64,000 bases of DNA from Trichoplax adhaerens (taxonomy: Eukaryota; Animalia; Placozoa), in NCBI RefSeq assembly GCF_000150275.1, contig NW_002060951.1, positions 2,428,297-2,492,296 of the forward strand, in the 5' to 3' direction. Position numbers and translations under genes: made by a program. Shown here one piece after another: positions 14,801 to 25,538 of this stretch; within the stretch, counting starts at the first letter, position 1; every line of letters starts with the position of its first letter. The notes under the pieces were generated by a model. That model saw nothing but the letters and a program-made list of their open reading frames with translations, did no database searches and was not told the DNA's origin.

Positions 14801-14898
14801 CTGCTGATATCTTTCGTGAATCTGTGAAAATCTTAAGGCAAAAATGCCATAAATTTTTAGAAGAAGTAAACCGTAATGCTATCTCGGATGACACCTAA
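11850..14898 (+). CDS. POLR1C: DNA-directed RNA polymerases I and III subunit RPAC1 (AC40)
   Basis: 12 exons (11850-11912, 12313-12384, 12600-12707, 12835-12897, 13116-13185, 13591-13707, 13880-13929, 14025-14090, 14166-14232, 14348-14467, 14569-14685, 14771-14898). Motifs [90 protein letters not shown]. Confidence 0.96.
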
Positions 14899-16088
14899 AC
14901 TGAACGGTATTTGATGGCGGTATTTGTAATGTATTGTTCTAAATACATACTAACTGTATACACTGCTTTCTGTTAACTCATTCATTTGACAAGACACCCT
15001 TCGGACATGCACTGCAAAGAGTTTCATAATTATTAGATATTTCTATGTTACATCCTTCAGATATAGTGTACATTGTATACAAATAGCTATCACTATGTGT
15101 ATACATATGCCGGTATACTGTATAAATCGCTTTACAAGAATACTCGGTAGGGTGTGATATACCGATTTTACCTGATATTAAATATTTGATTGCAATGATC
15201 GCTTATATGACACCATCCGCCGTGCCAACAAAGGTTTATTACTGTACTTTATATGGCTAGTTTTTTGTATGAACTTATAACATATTTCTTGATTGTGTTA
15301 TGTTTATGAGCGAAAATAAATGAAGTAAATGTATAAACACCGCACGATGTACGGTATTAAATTGACAACGTCTCTGATTCAAGGAGTCAAATGATAGAAC
15401 GCCTGACCATATCGAAGTAGAGAATACTCGTCTACGTACAATACATAGTATCACCTTTAAGTTAGCCTATTCTACTGTACTGTACAGTACTGTACATCAA
15501 ATGTACAGAATGTACAGAACACATTGTACGGTACAGTAGGGATAGTATGGACTGTCATTGCTGTCATGGCTTGCCAGAAAATGATTTTTGAAGTTTTTAA
15601 TAGTCCGTGATACTATCTACTTTACGTACAGTAAACCAGTGAAACTTAACTGGTCTATTGTACAGTATTTGTACTATATAGCCAGCAGAGTATGACATCA
15701 AAGATGAAGATACAGTACACTACAGTACAGTATGTGTAAACTTGATATTAATGATATGAAAACTAGTACTGTAGCATTTATTTTCGAGAAGATATCCTGA
15801 TTTACTTTGTAGCGATCAAAATGATTGCTAAATAGTCAGATATCCATATTAAGTTAAGATAATATAGTATTCATTTATCATTAGTGATTGATATTACATG
15901 GACTTTGCAAGTTGATCAACTAAAACAAGCCAGGGACCTCTAGCCATTTACGCATACTGATAATTTAAAATTTTTTTACTTGAGAGGTCACTGTACTGTA
16001 CACATAGTGACAGCGCTGTACAGTACTGTATGAAGCCTGGCCTGGAGTACCGTACTATCAGTAGAACACTAACTAGTTTTAAGTTTTA

Positions 16089-16748
16089 CTAGTACAAACT
16101 CCCGTCGCTATGCTGACGGATTACTTTGTTATAATATTACAAACTCCCGTCGCTTTGCTGACGGATTATGTTCTTATAATATTATACTTCTAGAATATTA
16201 TTTTACAATAATACTTCAAAAGTGGCTCGGCCTTGCATCGCTATGCTGGCGGATTACGTTGTTATAATATTACAAACTCCCGTCGCTTTGCTGACGGATT
16301 ATGTTCTTATAATATTATACTTCTAGAATATTATTTTACAATAATACTTCAAAAGTGACTCGGCCTTGCATCGCTATGCTGGCGGATTACGTTGTTATAA
16401 TATTACAAACTCCCGTCGCTTTGCTGACGGATTATGTTCTTATAATATTATACTTCTAGAATATTATTTTACAATAATACTTCAAAAGTGACTCGGCCTT
16501 GCATCGCTATGCTGGCGGATTACGTTGTTATAATATTACAAACTTCCGTCGCTTTGCTAACGGATTATGTTCTTATAATATTATACTGTACTTCTAGAAT
16601 ATTATTTTAAAATAATACTTCAGGCGTGACTCGGTCTTGTCCTCATTTACTATACAGTACAGTACGTAGCTAACATGTGATACAGTATCACTTACCGGCG
16701 TTTTTTTATCATTTGTACAGTACAGTACTGTACTGTAGATACTGTAGA
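16089..16748 (-). mobile_element. Candidate non-autonomous Helitron containing the tandem array
   Basis: Minus strand reads hairpin CCGTC-AGCATAGC-GACGG, then 9 nt, then CTAG|T at 16092-16088, the canonical Helitron 3' end. A candidate A|TC 5' end lies at 16748 (TCTACAGTATCTACAGTAC...). No TSD or TIR. Confidence 0.5.
16094..16637. repeat. Tandem array, 133-bp period (~4 copies), built partly from ~45-bp hairpin-bearing subunits
   Basis: ACAAACTCCCGTCGCT(T/A)TGCTGACGG, allowing minor variants, starts at 16094, 16139, 16272, 16405 and 16538. Copies are near-identical with no unique spacers. Confidence 0.95.
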
Positions 16749-16807
16749 TAAAAAAAAATGTTATGCTCTTGATTTTTAATAAAGTGGCAGTTAGCGCGCA
16801 CGCGTAG

Positions 16808-16822
16808 GGCGGAAAATTTAAA
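16808..16822 (+). promoter_or_regulatory. CDE/CHR-like cell-cycle element upstream of MadBub
   Basis: GGCGG + 4-nt spacer + TTTAAA inside a GC patch (TAGCGCGCACGCGT). A canonical CHR TTTGAA follows at 16866-16871. Confidence 0.55.
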
Positions 16823-17844
16823 AATATGCTGTGGTCACTCAACATGCACAGTACAGTAATTTCAATTTGAAATTTAATTTCTGTTACAGTGTACAGTACA
16901 GTACAGCATGTTACATTTATGATGACAGACTAGTCTCTGTCGTTAAGTAGCTGGTGACGACTGTCGAAGCCATAGCGAATCTGGAATCGTGAAGAACGAC
17001 CGTTAATAGTTTACGCTACATTTTCTATCATTCACAGTAAAATTGACGGTCTGAAAAGCGATCTAAAAGGTAAGTTAAATGTCAAACTCTATCATGTATG
17101 ATCCTCCAACCTATAAACATGAGTAATAGCTGATTTTTAAGCTTAATCCTTAAATTTAAAAAATTTTGAATGCAATACATACAGTATAGTAGACAGTAAT
17201 ATGGATTTACAGTAAATATCAGTCGTCAGTTGAAAACAGCAACCTACGCAAGCAAGCAAAATAGGCTGTAATTAGGCTAGCTTTCTCGTCTACATTACTG
17301 ACAACATTAGAACTGGACAAACTAAATAATTTACTTATTGCTCTATCGTATCCTCTCCCACTATACATACACTACATTAGACGTGTACAGTACTGTACAG
17401 TATATCTATCCTCTTCTGTGTAACGTTATTTAGATGCATATACTGTACGTATATGGTGTTGAAAATTAATAATTCTCGAATTAATTCCTAACACTCATAT
17501 ACTCAAATACGGTACAGTACTTTTAGTAAAACTGCACAAAGAATATAAGTGAATGTACTTATTAGGTCTCAGCGCACCGATATCTTAATCATTAACAACA
17601 TGGTGTTTAGTTTAGTGTTAGTGAAACTTCTGTCTAGAGTTTTCCAGGGGTAGCATGCATGTTAAAAAAAATTGAATCGTAACCTTAGGATTCATTTAAT
17701 AATTTTTTAAAAGGGAACTTTGCAATCGTCTATTATAGGTATAATTCATCGTACGAATTTTAGCTGGAGGTGACAGACCAAACTAAAAAATCAATCCTTA
17801 TTGATTGTTGATATTATAGCCGAGGGATAAAAAGCTGTCTAGAG

Positions 17845-20800
17845 ATGAGTTCAAGTGCTTCGCCGAAGGAAAATAGTGAAAATAACGAGTGGGAGGTTTG
17901 TAAGGAGAACATTCAGCCCTTAAAGCAAGGGAGAATCATGTCCAATCTCCAAGCTGCCTTATCAACGGAATCATCTACAGAACGAAAGAAGTTGCTTGAT
18001 GAAAAAGAGTGAGTCTTTTCTTACATAAGCTTCATAAAAATCTTCTAATCTTTAAAATGATCTAGTAAGGTTTTCGCTCATTATTACGTTAGACAGGGTA
18101 ATTGGCCTAATCATGGTATTATTAATATTCAAACAAAATATAGATTATTCGAAAAAAAGATCATTGCCATCGATTATGACAACGATGATGATCCTTTTGA
18201 TATATGGTTCCGGTATGTAAGGAGTATCTTTAGATCCATATACATACACTCTGCTAAAGAATTATATTTCCGTAAACTCTAGTATATTTATGCAACTTAC
18301 TTACACTGTATCACTCTTGTCGCTATACCGTGGTACAACTACAGTGTACGATGTAATCGTATTTGTAAGAGATCAAGCATTAACGCACTGTTTAATTAGG
18401 CTAATCAATACAGTATACTGTATTCCCGGTAACAGAGCAATATGGCTAATACATATTTATGTAGATCTGCTGATATTTTACAATTTTCTATTCTCCTGTT
18501 TAAAATGATGATGAAATACGACAAGAGACAATCCTGCAACAACATTTTCACGAAAGTGTCTCAATTTAGAATTCACTTGCATTAATTCTATTAAACTAAA
18601 ATTTACTTAGCTGATCTTAATATTGGCTAAATCGTTATCGTTATTTGTCTCACCCAATATAAGATTCACTTATTTTATTCGTCATAATATCAGTGCTCTA
18701 ATCTGCAGTTGTTGTTATTGTAGGTATATTGTTTGGGCTGAACAAAGTTTCAGAAACGCTGGAGAAGCCGGATTTTCCACTTTACTCAAGCGATGTTTAA
18801 GAAAATTTAAAGATGAACCTCGATATTATAACGACATACGATTTCTGTCCATTTGGATTAAAGCTGTATGTTATCATTCTTAGTTGCACGAGAATATAAT
18901 TTCGCCTAAAGTATCTGTTCTCTAGTACATTATTCAGTAGCATAAAATTGCGTACTGCAGATAAATAAAAATACTGTATACAGATAAAATTATCAATGTG
19001 GATAGATACAGCATAGTGATACTTTTTGTAACATCGGTTAGTTTTCAACATCAAATAATTTGTATGAACAATTCAGCTTCATCTAGTTAAGTTCTAAATC
19101 GAAGTAGAAGTTAACTGTACCCATAAACCATTAACATGATACATTGTAATAATAGGCTAATGCCTGTAAAGATCCTCGAGATATTTACAATTTTCTCCAT
19201 GATCGAGGAATTGGTAAATATGACGCATTGTTATACGAATGTTGGGCAAAGGTGCTCGATACGATGGGTTCATATAAAAAGGCTGACTGGGTCTATAGAA
19301 TCGGTTTAGAGAATAAAGCCCAACCTTTGAAGAGATTGCAAAGACATTACCAGTAAGTCGACATGATTTCTTGGTCAATAACTAAAATCTGAAGTGCTAT
19401 AGATTGCTTTATATAAATGCAGTATTTTGTGACTGTGCTCGGTGCTTAGGTAAGCAGTTATTAGTATATTTAAAGTGGTTTAGGTAGTACTCCTATGCTA
19501 CATATGTATATATTGATCATTGAAAGGGATTGTCGATTACTGTACTAATACATATTTAAACTATACAAAGGGAATTCTTAGCAAGATCAGCTAATCGACC
19601 AAAGGAAGGCGGTACAAACACGGGAATATCATCAAATCCTCGTGCTCCTTTAGGTCAGTTACAAAATGCAGATCGAGTGACGGGAAAGGTGAATATTGTT
19701 CGTAAAAGCAAAGTCCCTGAAGGTATGTTACCTATATATACATAGCGGTAATGTAACCTTATCTTGCGAGTTATACCTATCATTTCATTTTGGCTGACAA
19801 TAAGGTAGGTTAATTTAATAAAAGCACCATTTTGACGTTACAGCTTTGGATGAGGCGGATTCCTTGAAGGCCACTAATTCAACCAGTCAATCATTCAAGA
19901 TTTTTGTAGATGAAAACCCTAGCAAGTTGTCATCTGCATCTAAACAAATGCAAGAATGGAAGAGTTTGCCCAACAGTAACAAAGCTGTAAAAGAGAATTC
20001 AAAAGGTCTTTCAAAGTGGAATCAGCAACAAGTAAAACATAATACTGAATAAAAGCAAAATGGCAACCACTTTTCTATGTATGGTAATATGCATGTAAAT
20101 CTTTGATTTAGAGAAGATATTCTGTTATTCATGTTACTATAGATAACCGACGTTAGTAGTAACATAGTGAAAATTGAGGCATCATCACAAAAAGTGAAAT
20201 CTGGAATTACAATTTACCAAGACGAAAATGTCCCAGCAACTAGGTAAGAAAAATTTAAAAATCATGCATTAATTGTCAATTAAAACAAGATTTACCGGAA
20301 ATATTTACTTACCGTGCTTATAAATTGACAATGCATAGTACGGCCATTACCGAAATCCAATCAAGGCAGGTGCTCACAAAGTAAGTATGTTAGATCAAAT
20401 TTTATTATAACTATACTAAGTTCAATTTCTTAAACTGCGATAAATTTTTTGATAAAACAATTTATGCGAAAAAGATCCGAAAGATCTGATGATTCTAATC
20501 ATCCTCTAAACGTATTGAAAGATGATGACAATGTTAGGGTATGTCGGATATACTCGTATAAAATTAAATCCTCATAGATACTATGTCATGTATCCTAGTG
20601 AAGATGTATTACCTGATCACTGTTTCCTATGTTACTTAGTTTACTGTGGTAAATGGAAAAAAGTATGTTGCCGGGTACTGCAAGGAGATAATTTACAACG
20701 GCACACAGGAATTTTCTTTTGAAGAACTTAGAGCAATTCGTTACCGGGCAAAGCATCACGTATCTGTTAATGTGAATGATAATAATCTCTCAAATACTGA

Positions 20801-23800
20801 AGAAATGAATATTATTCAACCAAAAGAATTGCATAACAAATCTGCTAGTATTACATCGGTACCATCAGTAAGTCAGACGCCAACGATGACTATGGCTAGT
20901 AAAGAAGCTAAGCGGTTTGTCGATCTATTGTTCAAAGATGATATTGATCCGGATGATACTTGTTCAGGTTATTTGGAGTAGTTGATATTTTGTATAGTTT
21001 TGACTTTACTTATACGATTGCTTTTTCTCTAATAGTCCTGTATTATTAAATTATTTACCAAATTTAGTACTGTTGCCTTTTTACTAATCGAAAGTGCACT
21101 TCATTAACTTAATAGTAAACAACAATTCCCCGATCGAGAATATTAAATCAAATTTTATCATATATGATGACCATACTCCTAACAACTTAGCTGCAAAAGT
21201 AGCTGATTCAGAATATAATTCAGATCAAGAAAATAGGTACAGTACTTGAGTATTATCCTACTCCTGTTTATGTTTGCAAATTTAACGCCATTACTGGACA
21301 TTCCATAATTCGATTATCGATCGTTAATTCATTAAGGCCACCAGAATCTTGTAGTCCACCTCCTAAGAGACGTAATGTTCTTGGTGTTCTAACTAATGCA
21401 GTTGGATTTGAACTGGATCAAACTAAACCGGAGTGTAACGAGGTTGATCATTCAAATATTTAAGAATTAAGAGTAGTTTGGAAGATATTTTCAATAAAAT
21501 TATAAGATTAAAAGTATCGTGCTATCTCTATAATTGGATATTATGTATTATAATGAAATAAATTTTATTTTATAGGAAGATTTTGTTTATAAAGATTATG
21601 ATGAATTAAAAGCTAGCGAATCGGAGGATAAACCAATTCCTGGAGACACTCAAAATTTTTCAATCGCAACACATGTAACTTCTACTCCTGCATGTGATCA
21701 GGTTAATATCAATGGGCGTCAAAGCAGCATTAAAGGATATGGCCAAGATAATATTTACGAGAAAGGGACTTTTACTCACGATATATATTCTGATGAGGCT
21801 GAAGATCATGATACAAATTTTAACAGGCCACAACTCAGTGATATCATCGAAGCTAGCAATGAGGCATCAAGCAAAGCATCTTCCTGTACATCTTCGACTG
21901 GCAGTAGGGCTAATATTGGATTCAGTACGCCATCAGATCAAAGAGTTGATATTGTAAGTTTAAAAATAATCACTCGCACAGAAAGTGAAGATGGAGAAGA
22001 CGTGAGAGACAGCAAAGTTATCGATCCTTTTTGCGAAGACTTAAAAAAGGATCTGTTATCAAGAGATGATGTAAAAGATATATTATATTCCGACCCAACA
22101 TTGTTTTATGTAGGCACTGTAGCTGCTCCGAAGCCTGTTATTAATGATAGACTTGATCTAGGTTCGTCTATTGCCCACTAATGGTCTACCCAAAGTGATA
22201 CTTGCTGTTTGTTCTATAAAAGGACTTTACAATTTAATAAGTGCAGTTTTATTCATAATACCTATAGGGAACTCTGATTATAATTGCAATAAGATTATTG
22301 GTCGTGGTAACTTCGGTACAGTTTACCTGATAAATTCCGGTGGTGACAGTTTGGGATCTGTAACTGATGAATGCGAACTTGCTTTGAAGGTAAAATCTAT
22401 AATGTTATTTGTAGTATACTTTAGCAATTTAGAGGTAAAATGTGAGATACTTAAAATTCTACCATGGCATTATATTCAACTGTAATTTTTTGTGAAAGGC
22501 GGTTAAATGATGATAGTGCAGGGGTCCAGACCATAGCTAGATATGAGGGCTATTCATATTCAAAAAGTATAGTGTCCGCAGCCTAAAGCTGCGGGACCAA
22601 TATACTTTTTGTTTATGCGAAATTGCAATTTCTGATCTCTGCCAAGTGTAAAGATAACATAATATTTTATCTTCTTCTTGTATGTAATTGATCAGTTACC
22701 GGGTACAAAAGTAAACTTTTTTTCTTTAAACTATATTCCATCAAATTCAATCTTGCCCATATTTCAATATAAATGATAGTATTTCCTCTTTCTAAGATTC
22801 AGCAACCAGTAAGCTTGTGGGAATTTTATATCTGCCAACAAATTCATCGTAGACTGGATGAATTACCATTGGATATTGACCTAGTAAATATCATTTTTTG
22901 TAGTTAGTTCGCCATTGCTTTGATAAACTAAAGCGTTATACTTTTGCTTGCCTGCACAGCACACAGCGTTATTAAGGATTAATTCAGCTTACATCTACAA
23001 AGATGCTGTTTGTCTACTATCTTCATACTGCTCCTCTGGTACCTTACTGGTAAGCTCATTGCCTTTATCTACTGTTACTTTAGCTTATTTGTAAAAGTGA
23101 TAATATTGACGGACTGAATGTGTATCCATTGTTATACTATATAGGATCTTGTAAATATTTACAAGACATTTCATGAATCTATAGATCAGTATGTTGCAAT
23201 GTTTTACACGATTGCAATGCTCAGAGTTGTTGAAGTACTGCATCGATGTGATATTATACATGGAGATGTAAAGCCTGATAACTTTCTTCTTCAAGATATG
23301 TATGTTACTACCATTAGATTTATCTTTTGGTTTTGCTAATAAATTGCTCTTACGCAACTCCTATTGTACATTAGCTAAGCGATAATATTCCCTTTCAGTA
23401 CGGACCTTGACAACATAGTCAGAAATGATGTCGGTAAATTCCGAAAATGCTACACTTCACTCAAGTTAATCGACTTCGGATGTGGTATAGATCGACGATT
23501 ATTTCCGGTTGGCACACAATTTAAATCACTATTCGCGACGAAAGAATTTCAGTGCATAGAGGAAAAGACAGATATGCCTTGGACAGTACAGGTACCTTAT
23601 ACCCTAAATTATTTCCTTGACGAAGTAGTTACCGTCCCATATTTTTGCTCTTAACGTCTGCTATATCTTTTGATTTTTAGATTGATTTGTATGGACTACT
23701 TGGAACAATTCACTGCCTAATTTTTCAAGATTATATGAAAGTATATAAAAATAAAGATGGAATGTGGCAAATAACTAAGGCATTCAAACGGTATTATATC

Positions 23801-24128
23801 GTGTTTAGCATCGTTATACGGCTATAATAGGATACTCTTCCTGAATATTATATGATTGATGGCTTATTTTAGCAGCTAATAGTTCGAAACTGAATCATTT
23901 TATAAATGTTATACTCTTTGATTCTAAATTTATCCTAGATGGTGGAAGAAAACCCTCTGGGAGGATTTATTTATAACGTTGCTTAATGCTGCTCCCAGCC
24001 AGGCCTTACAAAAACTTGCCGAGATTAGGACTAGATTCGAAGAGGCCTTTACTACAGGCATTGAAAATTTTATCGTAATGAAACGAAATGAAGATAAAAT
24101 GATTTTTAATTATAGTTTATCTCACTAA
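17845..24128 (+). CDS. BUB1: MadBub spindle-checkpoint kinase (single ancestor-type Bub1/BubR1 orthologue)
   Basis: About 20+ exons. [16 protein letters not shown] (KEN1), TPR ([27 protein letters not shown]), GLEBS (EFSFEELRA), and kinase with [36 protein letters not shown]. Stop TAA 24126-24128. A likely 5'UTR exon ends at the donor at 17069/17070. Confidence 0.94.
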
Positions 24129-24302
24129 TAGCCACCCTCACAGTACTGCGGTTGCTTGTGACCTGCTTGTGCTAAAGTTATTACGTTAACGATTTATTTA
24201 GATTATAAAGCATATACGTAAAGTTTTATAATGCCTGTTTTTGATTTTTACTTAATTCTAGATAATCATATAGGCTGTTAATGTCATAAATTGCACTCTG
24301 TA

Positions 24303-24328
24303 AATAAAATAAAATATATATATATATA
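24303..24328 (+). terminator. Candidate poly(A) signal for MadBub followed by short (TA)n
   Basis: AATAAA at 24303-24308, ~175 nt after the stop codon. Weak evidence in AT-rich DNA. Confidence 0.35.
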
Positions 24329-24780
24329 TTTGTAAATATAGAATGCGCTCACGGCGGCTCACCGTCGCAAGAGCATTATGGTATTACTGAAATTGTGGTA
24401 AGCCGTGGCATTAGTAAAATATTCCTTAGATCTTCGTACGTAATTTTCGAATATATGAGTACTTGCATAACGCGGACTGTATGCTATGGAATGTGCTTAT
24501 ATCTTCTGTATTAATGTTAATACACGTATTATTACTATGCTCTTGGATTGTAATCTTAATTTTAACAATAAAGCTCTTGGCTATATTCCATCTAGAAAAT
24601 TAAGAAGCAATGTACAGTACTGTATTAGAGCTACGAACTACAGTACCTGCACTAATATACAATTCGTGGGTAGGAAAGAACAATATTTGCGTTTGAGCTC
24701 AAGAACTTTATTACTTTATAGTATACCCGCAGCATTAATATTATCTCATTCGCACGGCTTGGTATTTTAACCTTAATCAA

Positions 24781-25170
24781 TACTGTACTGTACAGTGTAC
24801 AGTACAACATATAGCTTTGAGTTGAAAGTACTTAAAATTCTTACTGATTTAGATGCTGACTAAGATACAAATTTAAATCGAACCTCAGACGCTGAATGAT
24901 TGATTACATAATATTAATTAATTATTACTGGATCAGTACTCCTGATTTTGGAGAAGTTGTAAAATTACGGGTATCGACACCCAAATAAACGAACGGTAAG
25001 GAACTGTACTGTACACAGTGTACAGGAACAGAAAGGTTATCTTCTGTATGGTACTGTACTGTACACTGTACAGTACAGCTTGTTAACTTAATGATACTGC
25101 ACTGTGCAGTATCATTGTACAGTACCGTGGCGATACGCAGTACAGTACAATACAGTATACTGTACTGTAT
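24781..25170. repeat. (CAGTA)/(TACTG) pentamer cluster upstream of SPPL3
   Basis: For example tactgtactgtacagtgtacagtac at 24781, gtactgtactgtacactgtacagtacag at ~25051 and cagtacagtacaatacagtatactgtactgta at ~25138. Confidence 0.9.
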
Positions 25171-25538
25171 TATACGAACTCGAATTATTTCACCAACTTA
25201 AATAAGTAAATTAAATACGTTCCTACTTAAATATTTTTCAAATGTACGGCACCAGAATCTAATATGATCAGTAAAATGTCGATCACGCTTTTTGATTATA
25301 ATACCTTTCATACGTGAATTCCATAGCACATTATAATACTTCTAGGACAATCTTATGATCGGATATTTTTGCAAGTGAAAGAACATGATTTTATAACGTG
25401 AACAAAATCTAGTGATCTTGGAAGCTTCTTTACTATCGATAGATTCGAAAGTGTAACGTCGGTTTAATCATCGTATACAACTTTAGTAACCAAAGACAGC
25501 ACGCTTTTGGTGAGCCGTCAATAATTATAACTAACAAG

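Noticed and set aside
16094-16637. CRISPR-like appearance (palindromic repeats at regular spacing)
   Set aside because: The intervening sequences are themselves identical copies, not unique spacers; eukaryotic context; no cas genes.
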